A stretch of 64,000 bases of DNA, taken from assembly GCF_049075655.1 (NCBI RefSeq), contig NZ_CP157522.1:1472001-1536000 (forward strand), given 5' to 3'. Made by a program: the position numbers and the translations under genes. Numbering within the stretch: position 1 is the stretch's first letter; each line of letters starts with the position of its first letter. Shown here piece by piece: positions 11,052 through 23,139 of the stretch. The DNA comes from Methanothermococcus sp. Ax23 (lineage in GTDB: Archaea; AGJL01; Methanococci; Methanococcales; Methanococcaceae). Under the pieces are notes generated by a model. It saw only the letters and a program-made list of their open reading frames with translations, searched no databases and had not been told where the DNA came from.

Positions 11052-11218
11052 ATGAGCTCACCAATATTAAAACGAATTTCAAAAATGCCCGAAGAGATTC
11101 CCGAAGACAGAGGATTTAATGAAATTACAAAAGAAGAGCTGGAAAATAATTATAAAAAACTTAAAAATAAAGATTTTTAGGGAACAGAAGAAGAATTATT
11201 TGAATTATTGGAAAACTA
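11052..11218 (+). pseudogene. Small acidic antitoxin-like ORF with internal stop
   Basis: MSSPILKRISKMPEEIPED...KDF*GTEEELFELLEN*. Confidence 0.35.
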
Positions 11219-11226
11219 AAAATTAA

Positions 11227-11880
<654 letters not shown>

Positions 11881-11883
11881 TAA

Positions 11884-12902
11884 TTAATTAATTGCCTTCA
11901 ATATACTTTCAGAAGATAAATCATCTATTTTGTAGTATTTAAATCCATATTTTTTAGCAATATTTTCCCCAATTCCTATTTTTACGAATGATTTTGGTTC
12001 AGTGTCTATCAGTATAACATTTATCTCATCCTCTGCGAGTTTTTCGCAAATCTCATAAACCTCAGTTATATAATCCTCCTTCATGGCAACATTTGGCTTG
12101 AAATCACTTATAAATACAACTACTGGAATAATATTTGGGTTTTTTCTCATGCTGTTTTTAATCACTTCATAAGATTTTAAAAATGCCTTTGAAAGTGGGG
12201 TTTTTCCACCAGTTGGGGTCTCCCTTAAACATTTCTCTGCGAGCTCGACAGAGGATGTGAATGGTAGGAGGAGCTCCGCACTATCCTTCCTAAATGTAAT
12301 CATAGATACTTTGTTTCTCTTTTGGTAGGCATCCATTAGGAGGGATAAAACCGCCCCTTTTGCAGCTTCCATTCTTTTCATAGCACCCATGGAACCGCTT
12401 GCATCCACACTGAAAAGTATATTTGTTGAAATTTTTTTCTCCCTTACCTTTTCCCTTAAATCCTCCTTTTTAAGATATAATGCTACATTCTCATTGTTGG
12501 ATTTTTCCCTTCTCTCTTTTTGATATAATGCACTTGCCCTTAGGGTAGCATCAAATGCTATATCATTTGGTTTTCCCCTTGGAATCCTGTATTTTATATA
12601 CCTCCCTTTTTTACTTATACTTTTCACATGCCTTCCGCTTGAATATCTGCTTATGCTGTCTTTGAGCTGTATTTTTACTATATTGGGATTTATATTTCCA
12701 TTGGCGTTAAACATCTGTTCTTGACTGTTGCCGTTGCCGTTATCGTCGTTATCGTCGTTATTATCGCCATTGGTGTTTTGGTCATTTTTATTGTTTTCAT
12801 TTTCTGGACTATCTTCTTTATCATCATGTTCATCTTTTTCTCCTTCCCGTTCCTCATGTCCTTCATTGTTATCATTGTCGTGTTCAGCGTCATTTCCATT
12901 TA
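11884..12902 (-). CDS. chlD: Chelatase medium subunit C-terminal part (acidic linker plus vWA), reached by -1 frameshift from chlI
   Basis: MIDAS DASGSM, GGKTPLS, ISD; the frame is open upstream of ATG 12714 through a D/E/N linker up to the A9 run. Confidence 0.8.
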
Positions 12903-14000
12903 GTTTTTTTTTAAATCATTGTTGTTGTTTTCTTTTTCATCCTTATTCTCATTTTGATTATCGTCATTATTACTGTTATTATTATTTTCTTCAAAATTGT
13001 TTATCATTTCCTCTATTTTCTCATTGTTTAATTGTGGTGGTTCAAATGGTTTTCTTCTCATCCTATGGGGCAATGCCAAATCACATGCTTCCTTGATATC
13101 ATCGCTATTAACATAATCCCTTCCATTAAATGAAGCTATGGTTTTTGCAGTCCTTGCCACAGTTATATCTGCCCTATTTGTGGGAATATTTAATTCTATA
13201 CAAATTCTTGAAATTAATTCTAATAAATCATCACTAATTTTTACATCATCTAAAATTTTCCTTGCATTTTCTATCTTTTCCCTTAATTTAATCTGTTCTT
13301 CTTCATACCGACTATAAACTTCATTTGGATTTTTGTTAAACTCCTCAACTCTCTTAATTACCTCAACTCTCTGTTTAACATCATTCAGTCCTTCCACATC
13401 AACCATTAAACCAAATCTATCCAATATCTGAGGTCGGAGCTCCCCCTCCTCTGGATTCATTGTTCCAACTAAAATAAATTTAGACGGATGTTTAACCTTT
13501 ATACCTTCTCTTTCAATGGTATTCCATCCCATAGCCGCCGCATCCAAAAGAATATCAACAATATGGTCATCCAATAAATTTACTTCATCGATATATAGTA
13601 TATTTCGGTTTGCATCCGCCAATATTCCCGGTTCCAGTGCCTTTACACCTTCTTTTATCGCCTTTTCTATATCCAGCGTTCCAATTACCCTATCCTCTGT
13701 GCTTCCTATTGGCAAATCAACAACCTTCATTTTTCTTTTAGTGGTTTTTAATGTTCCCTTCTCACTGTTTTCTTTACATATATCGCACATATCGCCCCTT
13801 GGATTGCAGTTAAAAGGACAGTTCTCCACAACTTCAATTTCTGGTAGGAGCTCCGCCAATGCCCTAACTGCTGTGGATTTCGCTGTTCCTTTTTCTCCTC
13901 TAATCAAAACACCGCCTATTTTTGGATTAATTGCGTTTAAAATCAATGCTTTTTTCATTTTTTCCTGCCCAACTATTGCCGTAAATGGAAATGCCGTCAT
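12900..14000 (-). CDS. chlI: Chelatase AAA+ subunit (ChlI/BchI-like; N-terminal part of fs-chlD)
   Basis: [30 protein letters not shown]. Confidence 0.92.
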   Translation of the reverse strand: MTAFPFTAIVGQEKMKKALILNAINPKIGGVLIRGEKGTAKSTAVRALAELLPEIEVVENCPFNCNPRGDMCDICKENSEKGTLKTTKRKMKVVDLPIGSTEDRVIGTLDIEKAIKEGVKALEPGILADANRNILYIDEVNLLDDHIVDILLDAAAMGWNTIEREGIKVKHPSKFILVGTMNPEEGELRPQILDRFGLMVDVEGLNDVKQRVEVIKRVEEFNKNPNEVYSRYEEEQIKLREKIENARKILDDVKISDDLLELISRICIELNIPTNRADITVARTAKTIASFNGRDYVNSDDIKEACDLALPHRMRRKPFEPPQLNNEKIEEMINNFEENNNNSNNDDNQNENKDEKENNNNDLKKN

Positions 14001-14202
14001 GAAATTACCTCTTTTTAAATTTTAACTATTATTATTAAACTCAATTTAATTATATCACAATTATACTTTAATTGTATATATTTATATCTTTCTTTTTAAT
14101 TCTTCATTATTAATCATTATAATAATAACAACCTATATATAATATTAACCATTATTTTTTAATATTATTATAATAATTATATTAATATATTATGGTGAAA
14201 GT

Positions 14203-17200
14203 ATGAAAAGTAGTAAAAGAAGTATTACTAAATATAAAAAGCAGGATGTTTCAATGACTATAATAATGTGGGCATCATACTGCTCAATAATGAATAATGC
14301 CTATGAATCATTGAAAAAAGAACTTAAACATAAATACAATATCAACCTTAATTTAAATATTTACTCCACAAGGGACATATCTGATAAATTAGACGAGTTT
14401 TTAAATGATGCAAAAAAATCCGATATTGTTTTTATGTATAGGACTTCATCCGATGAGTTTTATGACAATATAGAATTGAATTTTAAAAATTTAGTAATTA
14501 CCGGTCAAGACCCAACATATTGGAATTCTAAATTATCCTCAAAAGCTTATTTATACACAGCTTATGGAGGCATTGAAAACTTTAAAAATTTAATACTATA
14601 TTTATTGGCGAATAGTAGTAATATTGGTAGTAATAGTAATAATAGTGGTAATTTTGGGGAAATAGATTACAATGAACCAGTAAAACTTCCATTTCAGGGA
14701 ATATATTTAAAAAATGAATCCTCCGATAAAGGAACAGTTTATGAAAAATTAGATGATTTCTTAAAAAACGGTAAGTTTGATAAGGAAAATACCATTGGTG
14801 TTTTATTTTCAAGGCACTATCTTGTAAATAATGATATGGAAGTTATAAATGAGTTAATAAATAAATTAAGCAGATATTTCAATGTCGTTCCAGTATTTAC
14901 CTATGGGGCAAAGGATGAAGATTTAGGTGCATTAGGGAGTGGAGAGAGTGTTTTAAAATATTTCTTTAAGGATAATGTCCCCATAATCGATGCACTGGTT
15001 AATTTATTATCATTTCCATTGGGGACAGTTAAGGATAAACACACATTGAAGAAAATAACAGGCATTGAAATATTAAAGAAATTAAATGTTCCAGTTTTCC
15101 ACCCAATAATGAGTTATTATAAATCCTACGATGAATGGAAAAATGATATTCAAGGGTTATCCTCTGAAATTGGATGGAACATTGCATTACCTGAATTTGA
15201 GGGAGTTATTGAACCAATAATCATAGGAACTACTGAAAAAAATAGGAGTTTGGAGAAAAAAAAGTCCATTGAAGATAGAATCGACAAGGTTGTTAATAGA
15301 ATAAAAAGATGGATTGATTTAAAAAATAAGCATAAGAAAGATAGAAAAGTAATATTTATACTACATAATGCCGCATGTGCTTCTGTTGAGGCAACAGTTG
15401 GAAGTGCCGCACATTTAGACACATTTCAGAGTTTAATAAACATTATGAACAGAATGAAGGAGGAAGGCTACTATATTGAAAATATTCCAAAAAATGGGGA
15501 CGAACTGGCAAAGATGATTTTAGATAAAAAGGCAATATCGGAATTTAGATGGACAACGGTAAATGAAATAGCTTCTAAGGGGGGAGCTCTACATCTAATG
15601 GATGAAACGGAATATATGGATTATTTCAATACCATTCCTGAAAGCGTTAAAAATAAGATATTGGATACATGGGGGGATTTGAATGGAAAGGACATTCCTG
15701 CATCTATGGTTTATAAGGATGAGAACAATAAAAATAAAATTGTAATCACTGGTTTGAAATTTGGAAATATATACATCTGCGTTCAACCAAAAAGAGGGTG
15801 TGCTGGTGCAAGATGCGATGGAAATGTATGTAAAATACTTCACGACCCCGAATGCCCACCAACTCATCAATATATTGCATCCTACAAATATTTTAATGAA
15901 ATTGGAGATGTAATTGTCCATGTGGGAACCCATGGAAGTTTGGAGTTTTTACCTGGAAAAAATGTCGGATTATCCAATGAATGCTATCCAGATATATGTA
16001 TAAACGATACTCCACATCTCTATATCTACAATTCAGATAATCCACCAGAGGGAACCACTGCAAAGAGAAGGAGCTATGCAACATTAATTGACCACATGCA
16101 AACAGTTATGGTTGATGCATTTTATAAAGAGTTGGAAACTCTGGATAATCATGTTAATGAATATTTAAAGGAAATGGATATATCAAGGAGACATCAATTG
16201 GAGCATTTAATCGTTGAGGAGGTTAAAAAAACCAATTTATTAAAAATTAAGGAAAAGATTGAAGATATTGAAAAGGACAGTAATAAATCCATTCATGGTA
16301 ATTTTGATGAAATATTTGATGATTTAAGAAATACCTTGGAAATGATAAAAACATCTAAATGCAACGATGGAATGCATATATTTGGTGAGCTCCCGCAGGG
16401 GGATAAAAGAATTGAGTTTATAAATGCAATCTTGGAGTTTGATTATAAAAACAAAAATCTAAAAGATATCTCACTTAGGGAGAGTATAAAAAAAGTGTTA
16501 AATAATGAAGATGAAAATATAAGGGATAAAAATTTAAAAGAAAGAATAATTGACCTAAATAAAAAAATAGATGATTCAAAAGAGATAGAAAGCCTTTTAA
16601 ATGGATTTGATGCAAAATATATTGAACCTGGACCATCTGGATTAATTACGAGAGGGAGGGACGATATTTTACCAACTGGAAGGAATTTTTATTCATTAGA
16701 CCCATACAAAGTTCCAACAAAGGCAAGTTATAGAATTGGAGTTTTACTTGCTGAGAAACTTATAAGTAAATATTTAGAAGAAGAAGGCAATTATCCAGAA
16801 AATGTAGCCATGTATTGGATGTGTTCTGATATTATGTGGGCAGATGGGGAGGGGATGGCTCAAATACTGCATCTATTGGGAACAAAACCAAAATGGAAAA
16901 ATGGTAAAGTTGTTGGAGTTGAAATAATCCCATTGAAAGAATTAAAAAGACCAAGAATTGATATAACATTAAGGGTAAGTGGAATTTTAAGGGATAATTT
17001 CCCAAACTGTATGGAAATTGTTGATGAGGCAGTTTCAAAGGTTGCAAAGCTTGATGAACCCAATGAAATGAATTTTGTTAAAAAGCATGTGATAGAAGGT
17101 TTAAATAATGGATTATCATTCAGGGAGGCGACATATAGAATATTCTCTTCAAAACCTGGAACCTATGGAAACGGTGTTAAATACGCAGTATATGCAAGTG

Positions 17201-17946
17201 CATGGGAAAATGAAGAGGATTTAAAAGATGCGTTCATGTTTTGGAATTCTTATGCCTACGGAAAGGGCGTTTATGGAGATAATGCAAAAAAATCATTTGA
17301 AAATATATTAAAAAGTGTAGATTTGACATTTAATAAAACTGTAAGCGATGAATACGATTTATTTGGATGTTGCTGTTATTTTGGAACACATGGTGGATTG
17401 ACAAATGCCGCAAGGGTTATTTCAAAAAAGGACGTTAAAGCATACTATGGAGACACAAGAAATCCAAATAATGTGGAAATGAGGACTTTAAATGAAGAGA
17501 TTGAAAGGGTCTCACTGTCAAAACTATTAAATCCTAAATGGATTGAAGGCATGAAAAAGCACGGCTATAAAGGAGCAGGGGATATATCAAAAAGAGTTGG
17601 AAGGATATTTGGTTGGAGTGCAACAACAAAAGAAGTTGATAACTGGATTTTTGATGAAATATACAATACATATGTGAAAAATGAAGAAAACAAAGAATTT
17701 TTTAGAAAAAATAATCCTTATGCTCTTGAAGAAATTGGAAGAAGATTGTTGGAGGCATATCAAAGAGGACTTTGGAAAACTGATGAAAATAATATCGAAG
17801 ATTTAAAAAGAATATATATGGAGATTGAAGGAGATATTGAAGATACTTATGGAGATATTGATATTGGAGAGTTTCAAGGAGGTAGCATCGATATCGATAT
17901 GATTTGGAAGGAAAAATTAAAGGCAAATTATTATGCACGATTTTAA
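14203..17946 (+). CDS. cobN: Cobaltochelatase large subunit
   Basis: HVGTHGSLEFLPGK, LPTGRNFY, RPRID, LLNPKWIEGM. Confidence 0.92.
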   Translation: MKSSKRSITKYKKQDVSMTIIMWASYCSIMNNAYESLKKELKHKYNINLNLNIYSTRDISDKLDEFLNDAKKSDIVFMYRTSSDEFYDNIELNFKNLVITGQDPTYWNSKLSSKAYLYTAYGGIENFKNLILYLLANSSNIGSNSNNSGNFGEIDYNEPVKLPFQGIYLKNESSDKGTVYEKLDDFLKNGKFDKENTIGVLFSRHYLVNNDMEVINELINKLSRYFNVVPVFTYGAKDEDLGALGSGESVLKYFFKDNVPIIDALVNLLSFPLGTVKDKHTLKKITGIEILKKLNVPVFHPIMSYYKSYDEWKNDIQGLSSEIGWNIALPEFEGVIEPIIIGTTEKNRSLEKKKSIEDRIDKVVNRIKRWIDLKNKHKKDRKVIFILHNAACASVEATVGSAAHLDTFQSLINIMNRMKEEGYYIENIPKNGDELAKMILDKKAISEFRWTTVNEIASKGGALHLMDETEYMDYFNTIPESVKNKILDTWGDLNGKDIPASMVYKDENNKNKIVITGLKFGNIYICVQPKRGCAGARCDGNVCKILHDPECPPTHQYIASYKYFNEIGDVIVHVGTHGSLEFLPGKNVGLSNECYPDICINDTPHLYIYNSDNPPEGTTAKRRSYATLIDHMQTVMVDAFYKELETLDNHVNEYLKEMDISRRHQLEHLIVEEVKKTNLLKIKEKIEDIEKDSNKSIHGNFDEIFDDLRNTLEMIKTSKCNDGMHIFGELPQGDKRIEFINAILEFDYKNKNLKDISLRESIKKVLNNEDENIRDKNLKERIIDLNKKIDDSKEIESLLNGFDAKYIEPGPSGLITRGRDDILPTGRNFYSLDPYKVPTKASYRIGVLLAEKLISKYLEEEGNYPENVAMYWMCSDIMWADGEGMAQILHLLGTKPKWKNGKVVGVEIIPLKELKRPRIDITLRVSGILRDNFPNCMEIVDEAVSKVAKLDEPNEMNFVKKHVIEGLNNGLSFREATYRIFSSKPGTYGNGVKYAVYASAWENEEDLKDAFMFWNSYAYGKGVYGDNAKKSFENILKSVDLTFNKTVSDEYDLFGCCCYFGTHGGLTNAARVISKKDVKAYYGDTRNPNNVEMRTLNEEIERVSLSKLLNPKWIEGMKKHGYKGAGDISKRVGRIFGWSATTKEVDNWIFDEIYNTYVKNEENKEFFRKNNPYALEEIGRRLLEAYQRGLWKTDENNIEDLKRIYMEIEGDIEDTYGDIDIGEFQGGSIDIDMIWKEKLKANYYARF

Positions 17947-18080
17947 ATCATTTTAAATCATTTTTTAATTATATATAAATATTAGTGGATATAAATTACA
18001 TAAATTAACTAAAATAAATAGTATTAATATTTAAGTTAGCAATCCTTAGAATTTGCTTAAATAATTAAAAGGGTAATATC

Positions 18081-18782
18081 ATGAAAGCAGTATGTGTTTT
18101 AAGCGGTGGTTTAGATTCCGTTGTATCTATGATGGTAGCAAAAAAAGAAACATCAGAATTATATGCCATAACATTTGACTACGGTCAAAGGGCAGTATTG
18201 AGAGAAATAAACGCTTCAAAAAAGATATCTGAAATATTAGGGGCTGAACACAAAGTTATCAAACTCCCATTCGTAAAAGAATTTAGTAAAAGTGCCTTAA
18301 CCATGGGTCAGGATGTTCCCACTATGAAAGAGGAGGAGCTCGACAACATAGAAAGGGCTACTGAGACAATGAAATCTGTATGGGTTCCAGCAAGAAATAT
18401 GATTTTATTTTCAATAGCATCAGGATTTGCGGAGTTCGTAGGGGCTGATGAAATATACGCGGGATTAAACAAAGAAGAAGGCGTGACCTTTCCAGATAAC
18501 ACCGTAGAGTTTATGGAAAGGTTCAACAGTGCGTTGGAATATGGAACCTTAAACAAGGTTAAAATGAGAGCTCCACTATATGAATTAACCAAAACCGAAA
18601 TTGTTAAACTTGGTAAGAAGCTTGAAGAGGAACTTGGTTTAGAGGTTTTAAAATACAGTTATTCATGCTACCACGATAACGGGGAAGATTTTTTGCACTG
18701 CGGAACATGTGAAAGTTGCATGAGGAGAAAGAGGGCATTTAAAGAAGCTGGTGTTGAAGACCCTACAAAATATATAGAATAA
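18081..18782 (+). CDS. queC: 7-cyano-7-deazaguanine synthase
   Basis: SGGLDS, VPARN, SCY...CGTCESC. Confidence 0.95.
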   Translation: MKAVCVLSGGLDSVVSMMVAKKETSELYAITFDYGQRAVLREINASKKISEILGAEHKVIKLPFVKEFSKSALTMGQDVPTMKEEELDNIERATETMKSVWVPARNMILFSIASGFAEFVGADEIYAGLNKEEGVTFPDNTVEFMERFNSALEYGTLNKVKMRAPLYELTKTEIVKLGKKLEEELGLEVLKYSYSCYHDNGEDFLHCGTCESCMRRKRAFKEAGVEDPTKYIE

Positions 18783-18826
18783 GAAAATAAATATTAGTAT
18801 AATACACAAATAAATTTGGTGATAAA

Positions 18827-19432
18827 ATGTATATCGGTAGATTCTTAGTAGTAGGAAAGACAGAAAATGGAAAACCTTTTGTATCATACAGAGTTTCAAG
18901 TAGAAGTTTTCCAAATAGAAAAGCAGTTTTAAAGGACAATACGGTATCAATTATACCTAATGATTTAAACGAAATATTTTCTAACCCATATATTACATAC
19001 AACTGTATAAAAGTCGTAGATAATACAATAATTGCAACAAACGGTTCCCAAACTGATGTAATAGCTGATAAAATTAAACTGGGGCTTCCAATAAGGGATG
19101 CATTAGCATATTCCTTAATCACGATGGATTATGAAAAGGATGACTACAACACACCAAGAATAGCAGTAGTTTTAAATGATAGCGAATGTTATATTGGATA
19201 TGTAAGACACGATGGCATGGGCGTTGAAAAGGTTGAATTGGAAAATGGAAAAGGATACTACATAGGAGTTTATAATTCATGTAAAATATCAAATAATCAA
19301 ATTATAGATGTTGTTGGAGAAGAGCCAGAAGAAATTTGTAAATATATAATGGAATATAATGAATTTGAACATCCAGTATGCTGTGCGGCAGCTGTTATTG
19401 ATGGTGGAAAAATAAAAATAGAAACATTATAG
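18827..19432 (+). CDS. purO: Archaeal IMP cyclohydrolase
   Basis: [28 protein letters not shown]. Confidence 0.95.
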   Translation: MYIGRFLVVGKTENGKPFVSYRVSSRSFPNRKAVLKDNTVSIIPNDLNEIFSNPYITYNCIKVVDNTIIATNGSQTDVIADKIKLGLPIRDALAYSLITMDYEKDDYNTPRIAVVLNDSECYIGYVRHDGMGVEKVELENGKGYYIGVYNSCKISNNQIIDVVGEEPEEICKYIMEYNEFEHPVCCAAAVIDGGKIKIETL

Positions 19433-19481
19433 TTTTTTAGAAATTCTTATTTTTTAGTTTATTTTATTGTATTTATTATCA

Positions 19482-20504
19482 TCATCTTTTCAAATATTCA
19501 CAAACCTTTTCAAACATTAAATCTGTTGGGTCTTCGAGCTCTATACTGTTGTTTCTTTTCCCGATATTATCTATGACATAATTAACTATTCTATCAACAG
19601 ATTTTGTATGAATCATCCTTCCCTTTTTTATTAGATACTTATCTACTCCAAGTATGTTCTCAGGATAGCACGAAACTGTTGGAACTCCAAGCACAGCAGC
19701 TTCTCTGTTCATTGTTCCTCCTGCTCCAACCATGGCGTCTGAATAATACAGCAATGAAATTGAATCAACAGTTTCTGGAACAACAACATTCATGGAGATA
19801 TACAATTTTTTCTGTTTTTCATCTCTCGGGAATGCCACAATATTGCAGTCCATCTTTTTATTTAATTTTTTAATTATTTCAGGCAATATGTCCCTTTTCC
19901 CATTACAATAGGATGAATTGGGACTTGACCTCATTACAATAATTGGCAGGTCGTTATTTAACCCTAATTCATCAACTATCTTCGTGTTTAATGGCAAAAT
20001 ATTGTTTAATCTTGAATTTACATTTGCAACCTCACAGGTGCCATCGAATGTTAAAAAAGTTCTTCCACCCTGTTTTCTTAAAATAGTTTTATTTATGCCA
20101 TCAGGGGTTATAATATTATTTACAATTGGCAGGGTTAATCTATTTTGAGCATCGGCATATTCGTTATCCACTATAAAAATAGATGGAATATTTAATCCAA
20201 ATGCTACCCTTGGGAGCTCCACGGAATGTTTTGTAATGGCAACTTTTGGTTTTTTATCTTTTACTATCTTTGTCAATTCAATTATTCTCTTTGCCGAGTT
20301 TATCAATTTTTCGTCAAGACTATCCCCATGAGCTCCGACTGAAATGGGATTGTTCATGTATGTGTAAAACTTAATAATATTTTCCAAACTTTGAAACTTT
20401 CTCAATGTTATGAGATAATCAATTCCTTCCTTTTCGAATTTTTTTATGAGTTGAGAAAAATAATGAACATGAGGTGAGTTTGTTAAATCAATCCATACAT
20501 CCAT
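19482..20504 (-). CDS. DUF354 family GT-B glycosyltransferase-like protein
   Basis: WIDLTNSPHVHYF, GAGGTMNREAAVLGVP. Confidence 0.85.
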   Translation of the reverse strand: MDVWIDLTNSPHVHYFSQLIKKFEKEGIDYLITLRKFQSLENIIKFYTYMNNPISVGAHGDSLDEKLINSAKRIIELTKIVKDKKPKVAITKHSVELPRVAFGLNIPSIFIVDNEYADAQNRLTLPIVNNIITPDGINKTILRKQGGRTFLTFDGTCEVANVNSRLNNILPLNTKIVDELGLNNDLPIIVMRSSPNSSYCNGKRDILPEIIKKLNKKMDCNIVAFPRDEKQKKLYISMNVVVPETVDSISLLYYSDAMVGAGGTMNREAAVLGVPTVSCYPENILGVDKYLIKKGRMIHTKSVDRIVNYVIDNIGKRNNSIELEDPTDLMFEKVCEYLKR

Positions 20505-21016
20505 GTAATCACCGAAAATGAGCAGTATATCTTTTTATATATCTAATCTTATATAATAACCTAATTTATGAAAATTTATCAATCCAATATATGCAAATTG
20601 GTATATAAATATTACATAAGTGAGATATAAATTCTATAACTAATTAAACAGTTCATACCACCTAACAAAATTTTTGAAGATATATAGTTTAAAAGACTAT
20701 ACAATATGGTTCGATTATTTTTTAAATTAACTCGATATTATTAAATAATAAAAATCCCTAAGGCAGCTTTTTTCCCCAATATCTATTCCTGGCAATTTAC
20801 AATTTTTCCCAGCCTCTTATGTTAAAATAAATATATGATATCAATCTTCATTTAAATATATGATTGTTATGTTTCAATTTTTCATTTGATTTAAATCGAA
20901 AACTTTATATATAAGATGGTTGTTTATAGTAGTGTATGTAGAATACATAACCATAAATAACTAACATTTAAATACTTTAAAAACAAAACTATATTTGTAA
21001 TTAATAGGGTGATACT

Positions 21017-21700
21017 ATGGAGATTAAAGAACTCGGTAAAAAGATGGAAGAATTAATGGGATTAGAATACCCAGCAGTTGCTGTAAAACTTGTAAAATCC
21101 AGCGAAGAAATACCAGAAGGATATAACGAACTTGAAGAACAGGCAAGACATTGTGAAATGATTCAAATTGCAAGAAAGGAGGGTAAAAAATTCTATGCTA
21201 CAATTGATAAGCACATGTGTAAAGGAGGGGCTTATGCAATAGGTGTTCTACACGATGCACCAGAACCATTGGCAACAGGTAAATTATACCACAAATTAGG
21301 AAACTTTGCAACCGAAGATGGGGCGGTAAAAACAGTTGGGGCAATTCCAAAAGTAAAAGAACAGATGTATGCAAGCGTCTATGCACCATTGAGTGATGCA
21401 GACTTTAATCCAGATTCAATAGTTGTAATTACCTCACCAAAGAAAGGGTTGAGATTGGCTCAGGCATTGTTATATAAAGAAGGTGGAAGATTCCAGGCAG
21501 ACTTTGCAGGTATCCAATCATTATGTGCTGATGCTGTTGCAGCTGTTAAAGTTAGAGGCGTAGCAAATGCAACACTTGGATGTAATGGTTCAAGAAAATA
21601 TGCTGAAATAGACGATGGTGAAATGATATTCGCATTCCCACCATCAGAATTGGAAAATATAATCGAAGCATTAGAGCACTTTAAGGAAATTTGGGGATAA
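21017..21700 (+). CDS. DUF169 family protein
   Basis: RHCE, CKGG, QSLCAD and LGCNGSR conserved Cys motifs. Confidence 0.85.
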   Translation: MEIKELGKKMEELMGLEYPAVAVKLVKSSEEIPEGYNELEEQARHCEMIQIARKEGKKFYATIDKHMCKGGAYAIGVLHDAPEPLATGKLYHKLGNFATEDGAVKTVGAIPKVKEQMYASVYAPLSDADFNPDSIVVITSPKKGLRLAQALLYKEGGRFQADFAGIQSLCADAVAAVKVRGVANATLGCNGSRKYAEIDDGEMIFAFPPSELENIIEALEHFKEIWG

Positions 21701-21765
21701 ATATATCCCCTAATATATTAATACCTGATAAATAAAATAAATACAAAAATAAAGGGTGATTATAA

Positions 21766-22014
21766 ATGGTAAAAATAGAGGTATTCACATCACCAATGTG
21801 CCCACACTGTCCAGCGGCAAAAAGAGTAGTTGAAGAAGTAGCATCAGGAATGGAAGGCGTAGAAATTGAACATGTAGATGTAATGAAAGAACCTGAAAGA
21901 GCCGCAAACTATGGAATAATGGCAGTGCCTACAATAGTAATTGATGGGGAGGTTAAATTTGTAGGAGCTCCTACAAAGGAAGCATTAAAGGATGAGCTCG
22001 CTAAATACTTGTAA
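21766..22014 (+). CDS. trx: Thioredoxin (MJ0307/MTH807 type)
   Basis: CPHC motif, MAVPTI. Confidence 0.92.
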   Translation: MVKIEVFTSPMCPHCPAAKRVVEEVASGMEGVEIEHVDVMKEPERAANYGIMAVPTIVIDGEVKFVGAPTKEALKDELAKYL

Positions 22015-22091
22015 TATAATAATTACAATGAATTATTATATTACATTATTATAAGCAGTTGTGCAAATATATGACATAACTTCAATAAATT

Positions 22092-22286
22092 GTGGAGATT
22101 ATGAAATTAGTCATTATTTGTAAAGACGATACTAAAAATAAAAAATCAGAAAATGAAAATTTAATTATAAAATGTGGTATATGCAGGGGAGAAGACACTA
22201 AAACCACAATTAAGATGATTATGGAAGATTATGGGGATGAAATAGACGAAATAGTTTATCCAAATTGTAATATTGTTAAAAAATAG
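22092..22286 (+). CDS. Small Cys-containing hypothetical protein (start perhaps 22101)
   Basis: ORF within the co-oriented cluster; C...CGIC...C. Confidence 0.5.
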   Translation: MEIMKLVIICKDDTKNKKSENENLIIKCGICRGEDTKTTIKMIMEDYGDEIDEIVYPNCNIVKK

Positions 22287-22311
22287 TATTATTTGTTAAG
22301 AGGGTGATTAT

Positions 22312-23130
22312 ATGATAAGAGAAATTTCTGTTAAATGTTTAAGAAGTCCAGAGTTGCTAGTGGATGCAGTATTAAGCAAAATGAATGAAGGATTATTAAT
22401 TGTCGAGACAGATGGGGAAGAACAGATAAAAGTTATAGAAAATCTTGTAAAAAAACTTGGATACAAGATGGAAGTTGATGGAAACAAAGTAAAAATACAT
22501 GTTGGTGAGATTGTGGCATCAAAAACATTAAATGTAGTTGGAGCAACCTGTCCTGGACCTATAATGATGGTTTCAGATATTCTTGAAAAGATGGAAGTTG
22601 GAGAATTGTTGGAAATAACCGCAAGTAAAAACGCACTTACGGATTTGACAGAAGGATTAAAAGGTATGGGTCATGAGGTTTTATCTGTTGAAGAGCTCGG
22701 TGATGGAAATTATAAAATATTAATCAAAAAAGGAGAGAAAAAAGAAGAAGGGGCAGCATCTGTAAATATTGATGAAGTATTTATAATAAACACCACAGGA
22801 ACGGGGAATGCAGAAAAGGCATACTCCACATTTATGATGGCAGATATTGCTCAAAAGATGAAATTAAAACCTACAATATTTTTAATGCTCGATGGTGCAA
22901 GTTTGGCACAGAAAGGAGAATGCGACAAAGTTAAGCATCCGGCATTTCCAAAATTAAGCGAATTGGTAAAAAATGCGCTTAACAGCGGTGTAAAAGTATA
23001 TGTCTGTGAATTAAGTGCAGAATTCAGAGGCATCAGTCAGAAAAATTTGGAAGATGGATTTGAAATTGCAGGAGCTCCTACATTCTTTAACTACCTGTCA
23101 AAGCCAAATGTCAGACCAGTATGGTTGTAA
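22312..23130 (+). CDS. TusA(SirA)-DsrE fusion sulfur-carrier protein
   Basis: GATCPGP TusA motif; IFLMLDG and VYVCE DsrE motifs. Confidence 0.8.
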   Translation: MIREISVKCLRSPELLVDAVLSKMNEGLLIVETDGEEQIKVIENLVKKLGYKMEVDGNKVKIHVGEIVASKTLNVVGATCPGPIMMVSDILEKMEVGELLEITASKNALTDLTEGLKGMGHEVLSVEELGDGNYKILIKKGEKKEEGAASVNIDEVFIINTTGTGNAEKAYSTFMMADIAQKMKLKPTIFLMLDGASLAQKGECDKVKHPAFPKLSELVKNALNSGVKVYVCELSAEFRGISQKNLEDGFEIAGAPTFFNYLSKPNVRPVWL

Positions 23131-23139
23131 GGTGATATT

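Noticed and set aside
12690-13096. Short overlapping ORFs (69, 60 and 122 aa)
   Set aside because: Alternative frames or antisense of the low-complexity acidic ChlD linker
14608-14655. (AATAGT)n-like repeat in cobN, and the Asn-rich insert in pheA (about 24480-24590)
   Set aside because: Ordinary slippage-derived low-complexity loops
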